Source: a virus
Strand: one strand, 5' to 3'
Length of the DNA stretch: 64,000 bases
Virus record (IMG/VR): IMGVR_UViG_3300039208_000195
Location: 351 to 64,350 of that record
Shown here: one piece after another, positions 27,925 to 38,003 of the stretch
How the letters are laid out: each line of letters begins with the position of its first letter
Numbering within the stretch: the stretch's first letter is position 1
Translations under genes and position numbers: made by a program
Notes under the pieces: model-generated
Told to the model about the DNA's origin: nothing
The model's input: only the letters and a program-made list of their open reading frames with translations
Databases searched by the model: none

Positions 27925-29814
27925 ATGGGCAGAACACTACAAAGACAAAACTTTATCAGATCGACTGCTTCGGGTACAGAGTTCAATGACGAACTCCCGC
28001 TGGGTCCCGTAGCTGAGGAGATTCTAAATCCCGCTCAGCTTGGAGACCCAGAGGTTTCTGGTACCATTATTCATGACCTTAACTACCTCCGCTCAGTAGA
28101 ACGAGACATTAAGGGTGGGGGTTATAGATGGTACACACCCGTTGATCCAGACACTACGCTCTCAGGTCTAGACGAGAGAATTACCAACCTGAGTGTTACC
28201 GCAGGTGTGGATCGACAGGGTTGGATTTATGTTACTGATCTTGACGGTCAGGGTGCGGGTATCGTTTCGGACAAGGTTTGGCAGGATTCTGGAAATACTG
28301 TTATCCAGTCCGGTACGTCCGACACCACGGACATTGAGCTAGACGTTAAAGCAAGCTACCCACTAATTGAAATCGCAACTCTCTCGGGAGTAGATGAGTT
28401 CAACGTGATTAGCGCAACTCTACCCAGAGCGGGAGACGGCAGTCACTATACAGGAACTGTAAACTATTCTCTAGTTAGTGATGCTCCTTATATCATTAAG
28501 GCAGAGGTCATTACTCCGGACAACAACGATCCCGATTGTGGGATCGGTGCTTGTGACACCGTTGAGGTGGATTTTGATTCTCCGCCGGAACTCCTAACGC
28601 TCTCCTTCACTGGGGGCTATCCGGGGTCTCAGACCGAGCTTAAAGCAGGAGATACCTTCCAGATTACCGGAACCACGGATAAACCCGCCAATGCGGTGTT
28701 TGTTCAGAATAGCGATGCGGGTACGGGACAGCTGCTTACATTCACAGAGGGTACCAGCTTCACCGTGACTATGACCATCGCTAACCGAGGAACTTCCACT
28801 CAGGCTCTCCACGCTACTGTGAGAGCCAGAAATTCTTCGGGAGGTTTTGGGTCCTACCGAGACACCGATGAGTTAGGGGGTACCGTAGACGGTACAGATC
28901 TAGTTAACCTGAACAACACCTACCCCAGTTTTGTAGATAACGGAACTACCTTCCCGGGAGGACAGACCGCGTTTAAGGGCTCTGAGGTAGGTTCCCAGAG
29001 CACCACCGTAAACAACGCAGACACCGCTGCGTATACTTCTCCGCACGGTGACTTCACTATTACTGATCCTGGTGTTCTGGCAACGGTTAAAACAATTACC
29101 TGTACTAACCCTGGGGATTACAATGATTCCGCAACCAACTTCCGGATCGTGGCTAACCGAGCAGCTAACGACGCAGACGCTACCTTTAATAAGACTATTG
29201 AGGTTGCAGACACGGCACCCAGCATCACGGTAACGCAGCCACAAACTAGACTAAGGGCTGACTCTCCAGCAGCACAGTACACTATTACTGCTACAGCAGA
29301 TCAGAACCTAGTGGCGGCCCCCGACATCGGAATCCCTGTCAGTGGTAACTTTACTGGCGGCGGGTTCGTAGGAGGCCCTAAGGTCTGGACTAGAACTATT
29401 GAAATTGAAGATGGAGATGCTACGGGCATCGGGGCTTGGACCCTGAACGCTTCAATTGAGAATAATGCGGGAACCACCAGCAATACTATTAGCGGTGATG
29501 AGAACGTGGGAGGTTTTGTTTCTCGTCAGCTAGTCGTGGCCGCCTGGCCTGTCCGTCAAACAGAGATCGGACACAGCGTGGTGGATACCGGAAAACTTCT
29601 CTGTGAGAACCTCTCTAAGGGAGGAGATGGGACCAACGGAGGAACAGACTTTTCTTACCTGAACTCCTTAACCGATACCCTAGACTCCTTTACCATTACT
29701 CAACCTTCGGGGGTTCTAAATTCAACCGGTAACCTCTGGTATAATCTAGACTTGGCAAATGCTGTTTCCAATACCACAGGCTCCGCAATCATCATCCTGG
29801 AGGAAACAGTATAA
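27925..29814 (+). CDS. large beta-rich (Ig-like) virion protein
   Basis: 629 aa, Thr/Gly/Ser-rich; N terminus paralogous to that of 30314. Confidence 0.7.
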   Translation: MGRTLQRQNFIRSTASGTEFNDELPLGPVAEEILNPAQLGDPEVSGTIIHDLNYLRSVERDIKGGGYRWYTPVDPDTTLSGLDERITNLSVTAGVDRQGWIYVTDLDGQGAGIVSDKVWQDSGNTVIQSGTSDTTDIELDVKASYPLIEIATLSGVDEFNVISATLPRAGDGSHYTGTVNYSLVSDAPYIIKAEVITPDNNDPDCGIGACDTVEVDFDSPPELLTLSFTGGYPGSQTELKAGDTFQITGTTDKPANAVFVQNSDAGTGQLLTFTEGTSFTVTMTIANRGTSTQALHATVRARNSSGGFGSYRDTDELGGTVDGTDLVNLNNTYPSFVDNGTTFPGGQTAFKGSEVGSQSTTVNNADTAAYTSPHGDFTITDPGVLATVKTITCTNPGDYNDSATNFRIVANRAANDADATFNKTIEVADTAPSITVTQPQTRLRADSPAAQYTITATADQNLVAAPDIGIPVSGNFTGGGFVGGPKVWTRTIEIEDGDATGIGAWTLNASIENNAGTTSNTISGDENVGGFVSRQLVVAAWPVRQTEIGHSVVDTGKLLCENLSKGGDGTNGGTDFSYLNSLTDTLDSFTITQPSGVLNSTGNLWYNLDLANAVSNTTGSAIIILEETV

Positions 29815-30284
29815 TGGGCGCATTCGAAGACTTCGTCAATCTCGAACTTCCAAAGCGTATTGCTACCAATGAGCACCTGGATAATGGTACAGGTAACCTT
29901 CTTCCAGGAAAATATCTCCGAACTACAGGTGTAGGTATTCTAGTAGAAACAGTAGATCCTTCCACCGTAGCAGGAGGGGGCGGGCAACCCTTAAGGAGGG
30001 TGTTAGTCCGCACAGGGGGACAAGTTTCCAAAAACACAACAATTGATATTAACGCCCCCGGTCCTGGCTGGACAACAGCCGGGGTCGACGTTTTTTGGGC
30101 GGATGGTACAGAGTTTGTTGAAAAGATTCAAGTCTTTCATAATGGAGTGTTAGAACTTTCTGGTGAGGACGCTGTGAGCGATAATGACGTCTATTTCGTA
30201 GCGTCCTCCGGATCGTTAGCATTCGAGCATAGAATTAAAAAGAACGACGTCGTGCAAGTTTGGGGTGTAACAGCCTCAGGATAA
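29814..30284 (+). CDS. virion structural protein, QVFHNG-family domain
   Basis: RRVLVRTGG...PGPGW...QVFHNG...DVYFV...KKNDVVQVW. Confidence 0.7.
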   Translation: MGAFEDFVNLELPKRIATNEHLDNGTGNLLPGKYLRTTGVGILVETVDPSTVAGGGGQPLRRVLVRTGGQVSKNTTIDINAPGPGWTTAGVDVFWADGTEFVEKIQVFHNGVLELSGEDAVSDNDVYFVASSGSLAFEHRIKKNDVVQVWGVTASG

Positions 30285-30313
30285 CAAACTCAAATATATA
30301 GGAGGTCATCTAC

Positions 30314-31060
30314 ATGAGTAGACGAACTATGGTTCTTCAGGATCAGATTCGTTCCACGACTTCCGGTATCGAATATATCGATACTCTCGATCTGTCCCAG
30401 GCGGAGGTTATTGTCGACGAGAGCCCTACCGGTGATCCGGTTACTTCTGGTACTCTTATTTCCGACATGAACTTTCTCCGAACCGCAGTTAGAGATATCA
30501 AGGGTAGCGCTGTAGAGGTAGATTGGTTTGGACAGGTTGTAGACAACCCAGCCTTTACCACTCTTTCCGGTGCCCGAGGCTCTCTGAATAACATTCACAC
30601 TTACATCGGCTCTACCGATGACTTTGACACCACTCCCGATTACGATACTCTAGGAGGCCCAGCCCCCGTATTCGTTAACCAGGGTGATCCTGTCAACGTT
30701 GCAATTGAGAAGCTGGACGAGGCCCTTGCCACGGTCAGTGGTTCCGCAGCGGGTGAGATTCAGAAGCAGAGACATATTCGAGACGGCGGTAACGTTGCTA
30801 AGAACACCACCCTTGACCTTTCCGACCTTATTGCCGGTCAGGCAGGATGGACTTCCGAAGGCGATACCATTATTTGGTCCGACGCGACCGACTTTGTCGA
30901 AAACGTTTCTGTGTTCCATAACGGTGTGCTTATGCTCCCCGGTGTTGATGCAAACGCGGACCGGGATGTTTATCACGTAGCTACTCCAGATCAGTTGGCG
31001 TTCGAGTTTAGAATTAAGAAGAACGACATTATCCAAATCTGGAAGTTCCCACCGGCTTAA
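30314..31060 (+). CDS. virion structural protein (chimera of two paralogous domains)
   Basis: N terminus like 27925, C terminus like 27541/29814. Confidence 0.7.
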   Translation: MSRRTMVLQDQIRSTTSGIEYIDTLDLSQAEVIVDESPTGDPVTSGTLISDMNFLRTAVRDIKGSAVEVDWFGQVVDNPAFTTLSGARGSLNNIHTYIGSTDDFDTTPDYDTLGGPAPVFVNQGDPVNVAIEKLDEALATVSGSAAGEIQKQRHIRDGGNVAKNTTLDLSDLIAGQAGWTSEGDTIIWSDATDFVENVSVFHNGVLMLPGVDANADRDVYHVATPDQLAFEFRIKKNDIIQIWKFPPA

Positions 31061-31079
31061 TCATTATAAACCATCACCT

Positions 31080-31379
31080 TTGCGGGTGGTGGTTTACAAG
31101 AGGATGAATATGTCTAATCTAGAATTGAGAACAGAAGAACTTAACAAGATGATTTCCAAGCTGCGACTGTTTAGTGAGAAGCTCCGAGATGAGATCTCCT
31201 TTAAACAGGGACAGAGGGATCTGGTTAAGGACATGATAAAACAAATGGAAGAGACCGTTGTGTGTATCCAAGAAGAGGAACAATCCCTCTCTGAGGAGAA
31301 GGAGAGGAGAAAGAAGGACGCTGAGAATCTTAGAGGCGTAAAGACTCCCAAGGGAAGGAGAAAGAACACCGATGGATAG
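31080..31379 (+). CDS. coiled-coil protein
   Basis: Heptad pattern; likely start about 31101-31107. Confidence 0.6.
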   Translation: MRVVVYKRMNMSNLELRTEELNKMISKLRLFSEKLRDEISFKQGQRDLVKDMIKQMEETVVCIQEEEQSLSEEKERRKKDAENLRGVKTPKGRRKNTDG

Positions 31380-31758
31380 AGGTAAAGAAAGAGCGGGATT
31401 ACGTTCTGCGGGGCTACGAAGACTCATGTTGGAGCTTGAGAATAAGAGAGACCGTCTCCTAGACGAAGTGGCTCATAAGCAGGGAGAGGCGGAAGCTGCT
31501 GAGCAAACCATTCGAAGAATCCATGAGATGATCCTAGACATTAACAAGGAAGAACAATCTGCGGTGGATTTGGAGAACGCCATTAGGGAGCGGGAAAAGG
31601 AGGAGAAAGAAGCTAAGAAAAAGAATGCCCCTCGCAAGAAGAAGGTGGAGAAGACCCTGGACGGGAAAAAGAACTCTACCAAGGCCAAAGAGACTGTGGA
31701 ACGGGCTAAGCGTGCCAGGGCTACAGCCAGAAAGAAGAAGGAGAAGAAGGAAGACTAA
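31372..31758 (+). CDS. coiled-coil protein with basic tail
   Basis: Shares the L-x-DE-x-x-x-KQG motif with 31080. Confidence 0.65.
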   Translation: MDRGKERAGLRSAGLRRLMLELENKRDRLLDEVAHKQGEAEAAEQTIRRIHEMILDINKEEQSAVDLENAIREREKEEKEAKKKNAPRKKKVEKTLDGKKNSTKAKETVERAKRARATARKKKEKKED

Positions 31759-32312
31759 TGTCACCCAGACGAACTAGGATCACAGAAGATTCCGTAGAGG
31801 ATCAGTCGTTTGTAAGCGAGTTCGAATTCAACACGTTCTTCGGCGATGTTGTGATCACGGGCACGACTGGGATTGACGATACTGATGTAACTACAACTTT
31901 TGATGGCTACTTCCCCAATCGCGGGTTGATTACCGCGGGATCTGGTATTATAGTTACTACAGGGACTAATTTCGTTCAGATCACTAATACGGGTGCCGCG
32001 GGAGTGCCCGGCTCTGGTATCTCCTTAGAAGAGCACGAGACTATTGATAGCCTGGTACACAACCTGGCTGAGACCCAGACCACAGAAATCATCCGAGGCG
32101 GTCCTGGAAACAAGGTAACAAACGTAGAGGTTAGAACCGTGCCCGTTACTGGTACTCTAATCCGGAGTACGGCTATCACTCGAAGTGGTGGCAAAGTAAC
32201 ACAGGTGGTGGAAAACCAACACGACGAGGCCGGAGTTGTAATACAAACCCTGACCTCAACAATTAACCGAGTCGGCGGTAAAGTCATCTCGGTAGATGTG
32301 GTGGAGACGTAA
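31758..32312 (+). CDS. virion structural protein
   Basis: GLITAGSGIIVT fibre-like segment plus a beta-hairpin C terminus. Confidence 0.65.
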   Translation: MSPRRTRITEDSVEDQSFVSEFEFNTFFGDVVITGTTGIDDTDVTTTFDGYFPNRGLITAGSGIIVTTGTNFVQITNTGAAGVPGSGISLEEHETIDSLVHNLAETQTTEIIRGGPGNKVTNVEVRTVPVTGTLIRSTAITRSGGKVTQVVENQHDEAGVVIQTLTSTINRVGGKVISVDVVET

Positions 32313-34123
32313 TGACAGTACGAATTGTAGAAGGTGAAGTACTTACATTAGGATCGGTTAGTGGTACAGACGGAACTCCCTTTGGTATCTGGGAGCCGAC
32401 TAGAGCTGCCCGTGTCTATCTTGAAAACCCAATTGTAATTGACGACACTCACGAGCAGACTGTTATTAACACTACGGCCTCTGGTGCGGGTGTGGTTATT
32501 CAGGGCGGGGGTATTGTTTCCGTAGAAACCGGTGGTCAAATTATTACCGTCTCCGGCCCTGAGTTCACAGAACTAGAAGGCGATGATGTAGATTCCATCA
32601 ATACTCTAACTGGCACAGTGACTATTGATGGCCAGAACAACGCTAACGTAATTACTAACGTACCAAGCAATACAATCTTTATCGACGTTCCTTTTGATGA
32701 GGACGACGTAGATTCTATCAACACTCTTACGGGAACCGTAACTCTTAACGGGAGCGACGGTAACACTGTTCTGCCTCCGGCAGGGCAAACCATTACTGTT
32801 CAGGGCTTCCGTCCCGAGTTTGTTGCTGCTTCTGGATTCCTTCAGACGCAAATTGACAATCCTCCCGCAAGCGTAGATTCGGTAAACACTCTTACCGGCG
32901 ATGTTAATATTGCCGCAGGTAACAATATCGTTGTGTCCGATAACGGACTAGACACCATTACCATCGACTCCTTCACGGACGATGACGTGGACTCCATTAC
33001 TGTTAGTGGTACCACTGTTACGGGGAGTGTCGACATTGGGGGTCTGGGGTCTGTATCCTTACAGGTATCGGGACAGCAGATTACCATCTCTGGTTCTGAC
33101 TCTGTGGGTACTACAGGGGGTGCGGGCCTTCTCTCCGGTGTTTGGAAGTTTGACGATAGCACTAATGTTGCTGGAAATCCAGGAAGTGGACAGTTCCGAG
33201 TAGATAGCGGAGTACCCGCGCTTATTACTGAGATCTCCATCAGCGATGAGACTGAGGAAGGTTTTGACGCTACCAACATTCTAGGGGCTGTTAGTATTGG
33301 AGATAGAATCTACGTCCAGCGAATTGAGGATGCTAGTGAGTTCTTCCTATTAGATGTTACCGGTACCCCGGTAGACAACGGTAATAGGTGGAACTATCCC
33401 GTAACGGTAGTGGCCAACGGAGATCTAATCGACGATGGTAAGGAATCTACTATTACCATCGCTTTCGGCGGGGCAACCACTACTCAGGTAGACTCTCTAA
33501 ACTCTCTGACCGGTAATCTCAGCTTAGTCGGCGGTACAAACGTATCCATCACCGACAATGGCTCCGACACCATCACTGTCAATGCGGATGCCGGAGTAGA
33601 AAGCCTTAACACTCTGGACGGGGATCTAACCCTAGTGGGTCAGAATACCGTGTCCATCTCTACTGCAGATCCTAACATTACAATTTCCGGTTCGGGAATT
33701 GCTTCCCTAGGATTCGAAGATGACGGTATCCCTTACATTGACGATCCTACCCGAGCCGGTAAGAGATTAAGCGTACATCGCCAGCACTTTGGATTTGGTA
33801 GAAATGGTAACGCAGACAATACCTACCTACGCGTAGGGGATGCTCTTAACAACGAATCTGGTTGGGTGATGCCCCGAGATGCTACTATTACTGCGTGGTC
33901 TGTGTTCTATCCCGGAGGAGCTGCCTCCAAGGGGTTTGAGATTAGAATTAACAACGTAGCTGTGGCTTTAGCCTCAGCCACCGTAACCCAGGATGTGGTT
34001 ACCCTTCAGAAAAATTTGAATATTGATATTGACGAGGGGGACCGCTTGCAGGTCTTTGTCGTAGCAGCCGGTGGAAATGCAAACGATGCTAACTCTTCCA
34101 TCGAAGTAGCTTGGAGAAGGTAA
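32312..34123 (+). CDS. tail/head fibre protein with VDS(I/L)NTLTG repeats
   Basis: Six V-x-S-(I/L/V)-x-x-(L/V)-x-G repeat units. Confidence 0.75.
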   Translation: MTVRIVEGEVLTLGSVSGTDGTPFGIWEPTRAARVYLENPIVIDDTHEQTVINTTASGAGVVIQGGGIVSVETGGQIITVSGPEFTELEGDDVDSINTLTGTVTIDGQNNANVITNVPSNTIFIDVPFDEDDVDSINTLTGTVTLNGSDGNTVLPPAGQTITVQGFRPEFVAASGFLQTQIDNPPASVDSVNTLTGDVNIAAGNNIVVSDNGLDTITIDSFTDDDVDSITVSGTTVTGSVDIGGLGSVSLQVSGQQITISGSDSVGTTGGAGLLSGVWKFDDSTNVAGNPGSGQFRVDSGVPALITEISISDETEEGFDATNILGAVSIGDRIYVQRIEDASEFFLLDVTGTPVDNGNRWNYPVTVVANGDLIDDGKESTITIAFGGATTTQVDSLNSLTGNLSLVGGTNVSITDNGSDTITVNADAGVESLNTLDGDLTLVGQNTVSISTADPNITISGSGIASLGFEDDGIPYIDDPTRAGKRLSVHRQHFGFGRNGNADNTYLRVGDALNNESGWVMPRDATITAWSVFYPGGAASKGFEIRINNVAVALASATVTQDVVTLQKNLNIDIDEGDRLQVFVVAAGGNANDANSSIEVAWRR

Positions 34124-35950
34124 ATGGGACAGCCAGTAATTCTAGTTAATCAAACAGCAGGCGCGATCGCGCTGGACGATCTAGCCATTACGGTACCTGC
34201 CGGGGTAGGAGTAACTTTTGATACTACCGATCTCCTGCAGCCTGAAGAAGTCAGAGCTTCTACTGATTTACAGGTCAGAGTTAATGCAGGAGACATCATT
34301 ATCAATGATGGTACTACGGATTTAGATCAGAGTGAGAGTCAGGGTTTTATGGATGGTGGCGGTATTGGTGCCGTTGTCCCCAACTCTCAGGCAGAAGTCT
34401 CTGTTCAGCAGACGGTAATTAACGAGGGAGATACAATTCTCTCTTTGACCGATGCCATTGTCTCTACCCAGCCCGACCTTATCGTAGTTTCAGGAACCAA
34501 CGAGGTACAGCTATCCTTACTCGCACCTCCGGATGTTTCCTCGGCGGTTCAGACCAGAAATACCGCCGGTATTACCAATGTTCCTCTCACGTGGACCGAC
34601 ATTACTATGGACACCACGGACGTGGAAACAAACGATACAGTCATCGAACACGACGATGTTGATCGAGACAGAATTCAAATTAAGGCCGACGGCCTTTACC
34701 AACTAACCTATGCTGGAGATATTGATGATGAAGGTCAGATTAGGGTTAGAGTAAACGATGCCACTGTTCTTCCTGGCTCTACCAGGGTGTACGGTAATCC
34801 TGCGGACGCTGTAGATCTACAAGGGCCGTTAGTGAATGTATTCTACGCCCAACTTTCTGCAGGGGATTTTGTTACTCCTCAGATCCAGGCCCTTTCTACT
34901 AATGAGAACTTGAGCTCAGACTTCATTTTCTGTGTTGGTAGATTTGACGGAGCAGAAGGTCCCCAAGGACCGACAGGCCCAGCAGGTTCTCAAGGCAAGA
35001 ACATGTTCTTTGCTACGGCGGGTTCGGATACTTCTATTAGTAATACCTTTACCGCCGTAAATCTAGGAACTCAAGTTGTAGCGTCCGGCTTCACTCATAC
35101 TCCAGGTACCTCTGACGTCACTGTAGACGCCACGGGTATCTATGAAATTGAGTACTACATTAACTCAGACAACAATGCGTCTAATACCCGATCTGAAAGT
35201 GAGGCCCGATTAGAGCTGAATACTGGTAGTGGTTTTGTTGTGATTCCAGATACCCAGTCAGCTATGTATCATCGCAACACCGCCCAGAACAGGAATTCTG
35301 GATCGGCCTCCACAATTACCCTACTATCTGCAGGGGACGTAGTAAGATTAGTTGCAAGAATGGAATCTGGCTCTTCGGTGGGCAGAGCCTTAGGTTTTGG
35401 AACAGGCCTAAAGATTATTGACGCAGAGTCCTCCGGGGCGCAAGGAGAGACCGGACCGCAGGGACCAATTGGTCCCCAAGGACCACAAGGACAGCCTGGT
35501 AATCCGGAACCTGCTCTTATTGGAAACTTCCCAATTACTGTAGCTTCTGGAGTTGATACTATCACTCTTAGCAGCGTAGGTCTGGGGGGTACGGAGTTTG
35601 CCGCCTCTGAAGGGGACAGTTCTACTTCTAGTAATACCCCCGTAAATAAGGTAACTTTAACTACCTCTAGCTTACCTGCCGGTACTTATAGAATTGGTTG
35701 GTATTATGAGTGGTCGCATTCCTCAACTGCCTCAGACTTCCGAGCTCGGGTGTTTGTGGATGGCACAACTACTCTTATGGAACAATCCCAGGAACCCCAG
35801 GATGCGAGAACAGATCAAAGAATTCCCGCTGGGGGACATGGTTATCTAGCGCTAGGTTCAGGCGTGCATACAGTTGCCTTGGATTTCTGGGCAGAGGGCG
35901 GCACTGCTACCATTAGGCGCGCAAGATTAGAAATTTGGAGAACAGCATAA
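34124..35950 (+). CDS. collagen-repeat fibre protein
   Basis: GAEGPQGPTGPAGSQG and GAQGETGPQGPIGPQGPQGQPG (G-x-y) stretches separating beta domains. Confidence 0.8.
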   Translation: MGQPVILVNQTAGAIALDDLAITVPAGVGVTFDTTDLLQPEEVRASTDLQVRVNAGDIIINDGTTDLDQSESQGFMDGGGIGAVVPNSQAEVSVQQTVINEGDTILSLTDAIVSTQPDLIVVSGTNEVQLSLLAPPDVSSAVQTRNTAGITNVPLTWTDITMDTTDVETNDTVIEHDDVDRDRIQIKADGLYQLTYAGDIDDEGQIRVRVNDATVLPGSTRVYGNPADAVDLQGPLVNVFYAQLSAGDFVTPQIQALSTNENLSSDFIFCVGRFDGAEGPQGPTGPAGSQGKNMFFATAGSDTSISNTFTAVNLGTQVVASGFTHTPGTSDVTVDATGIYEIEYYINSDNNASNTRSESEARLELNTGSGFVVIPDTQSAMYHRNTAQNRNSGSASTITLLSAGDVVRLVARMESGSSVGRALGFGTGLKIIDAESSGAQGETGPQGPIGPQGPQGQPGNPEPALIGNFPITVASGVDTITLSSVGLGGTEFAASEGDSSTSSNTPVNKVTLTTSSLPAGTYRIGWYYEWSHSSTASDFRARVFVDGTTTLMEQSQEPQDARTDQRIPAGGHGYLALGSGVHTVALDFWAEGGTATIRRARLEIWRTA

Positions 35951-36957
35951 TGTCACACCCTTACGTCTACGAGAAAGAGCCAGTAAACGCAGAGCAGTTG
36001 GCTGAAGAAATTAGACAATCAAGTATCACCGTCGCTCTAGACAGCGTTAGCACTAATGGGGCTATCGAGGGTATGGGCGCAACTGTTACTGCTACGTTTA
36101 AAGCAGAGCTTAGCGACCCTGAGGAGACTACTTTAGAATCTCTAGTCACAGCCCACGAAGCGGACTTCACACCCCCGCCGAATGTATCGGTACACGGCTA
36201 CATTGGGGAGGGCGGAGCAACCCTAACTGCTCCGATTACAAGAGACGGTAAGTTAAGAGTTCTATCTAGCCACAAGCCTCTGTTTAAGGATGGCAGAGGG
36301 TCTTACAACTATTTTGCAGGTAGAGGAGATTTGGTATCTTCTGGTACCGTTGGGGCAGGCCAGCCTATAATGCTTACCGCCGCTTCCGGAGTTACTGATA
36401 CTTACATTGACGTAGAGTTCATGAACTGCCAGTACCCTCCAAGTGAGGAGATTTGGATCTTCGGAGGAAGCGTTATGTGGCAGGGTGCTACTTTTGGAGA
36501 CCATTTCTCCCTTCAAATCCGTGCTAAGGCCTCTCCTGTGGTACCAGCAGTGATTGCTTCCGGAATCCCACTCCCTTGCGATTACGATCTAGAGGGAACT
36601 AAGATCAAGTACGCAGGTCCGGGTATGGGAGGCTATGCGCTAGGAGGAATGCCTGTGTTTGTTCCTAATTGGAACAACACAGGATGGTGGGATCTGGACG
36701 AGCAGGCCATGCAGCCCGTCCCCAACATGACCCAGACCGGAGTCTTCGACTGGCACACAGTTGATACTGAAGTCGGTGACTACATGCACGAACTTCCTAT
36801 TCTAGGTGATAACTTCGCACCGAACCCTATTGACGCTACCGAAGCGGCCCCTGTTCCGTTTGGACATTACCTTAGAGTCTGTTTGCATTCTGAGGACGGG
36901 GACGCTAACCCACAACTAGCAGGTTATTTGAGAATTTATCGAGAGAGATTGGCCTAA
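35950..36957 (+). CDS. virion structural protein
   Basis: ATG 35950 coupled to the previous stop (track start 35935). Confidence 0.65.
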   Translation: MSHPYVYEKEPVNAEQLAEEIRQSSITVALDSVSTNGAIEGMGATVTATFKAELSDPEETTLESLVTAHEADFTPPPNVSVHGYIGEGGATLTAPITRDGKLRVLSSHKPLFKDGRGSYNYFAGRGDLVSSGTVGAGQPIMLTAASGVTDTYIDVEFMNCQYPPSEEIWIFGGSVMWQGATFGDHFSLQIRAKASPVVPAVIASGIPLPCDYDLEGTKIKYAGPGMGGYALGGMPVFVPNWNNTGWWDLDEQAMQPVPNMTQTGVFDWHTVDTEVGDYMHELPILGDNFAPNPIDATEAAPVPFGHYLRVCLHSEDGDANPQLAGYLRIYRERLA

Positions 36958-37316
36958 TGGCAGAACTTAAGCATAATGGTGGAATCGTAGACGCAGTTCT
37001 TGAACTAGGGTTCGACCAAGTAAAGTACTTTGAAGGAGATATTGGCTCGACGGCTACCGGTTTTACTATCGACCCGCCCGCCCGTAGACTTCAACTTACT
37101 AACCGAAGCGAGAGCGAGGACGTATATTTCAGAGTTAATGGCGGTACAGCCACAACAGATGTAGGATTTGTACCTGGAGATAACATTAAACTCGGTCCCG
37201 GTTGTAGCTTCACAATGGACTATGATATTTTAACGGAAATCTCCCTGGTTACAGCAGGAGCGACCGTACCAGTAGAGGGACTACTCGGTTGGAAGGGAAC
37301 AAGAGGTAATTGTTAA
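36957..37316 (+). CDS. small beta-sandwich virion protein
   Basis: Coupled ORF ending the structural cluster. Confidence 0.65.
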   Translation: MAELKHNGGIVDAVLELGFDQVKYFEGDIGSTATGFTIDPPARRLQLTNRSESEDVYFRVNGGTATTDVGFVPGDNIKLGPGCSFTMDYDILTEISLVTAGATVPVEGLLGWKGTRGNC

Positions 37317-37317
37317 T

Positions 37318-37346
37318 TTGACGATACATAGATAATATCTTATAGT
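37318..37346 (+). promoter_or_regulatory. sigma70-type promoter
   Basis: TTGACG-17 nt-TATAGT. Confidence 0.65.
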
Positions 37347-37370
37347 TGTAACACAAAGGAGACTAGACTC

Positions 37371-38003
37371 GTGAATAAGCTGAATGGAAATACTCTGGTA
37401 CTAAACCGGAGTTGGATGGCTGTACAGGTATGTTCCGTTAAACGGGCCATAAACCTACTGTACCAAGGACATGCCAAAGCAATTGACCCTGATAGCTATC
37501 AGGCATATGACTTTGAAGACTGGAAGGATGTATCTCAGCAGATGGTTGAGGTGGATGCTGGAGAAGTAATTAGTTCCCCAACAGTGAACATCCGTATTCC
37601 TCGCGTCATCGTCCTTATGTTTTACGACAAGCTACCAAAGAGACAGGTTCGATTCAGCCGAAAGAACATTTTCGAGCGAGACGGTTGGCAGTGCCAGTAT
37701 TGTGGGGTGAAGCCTGCAAAAAACGACTTGAACCTAGATCACGTAGTACCACGGGCTAAAGGCGGTAAGACTACTTGGGACAACATCGTTGCCTCCTGCT
37801 TCTCCTGTAATGGAAAGAAGGGCTCTAAGACCCTGAAGCAGATGGGCTGGAAGCTGAAGCGTGAGCCTCAGAAGCCAAAGTGGCACCCGACGGTAAGTAT
37901 TCCGCTGGGGCTAGTTCCTCACAAGGAGTGGGTGAACTTCCTAGATGTTGCTTATTACAATGTGGAATTAGAAAATGACAACGAGCGCGACTCAGATCTT
38001 TAA
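37371..38003 (+). CDS. HNH endonuclease (stand-alone, McrA-like family)
   Basis: TLVLNRSW, FSRKNIFERDGWQCQYCG, LNLDHVVPRAKGGKTTWDNIVASCFSCNGKKG. Confidence 0.92.
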   Translation: MNKLNGNTLVLNRSWMAVQVCSVKRAINLLYQGHAKAIDPDSYQAYDFEDWKDVSQQMVEVDAGEVISSPTVNIRIPRVIVLMFYDKLPKRQVRFSRKNIFERDGWQCQYCGVKPAKNDLNLDHVVPRAKGGKTTWDNIVASCFSCNGKKGSKTLKQMGWKLKREPQKPKWHPTVSIPLGLVPHKEWVNFLDVAYYNVELENDNERDSDL

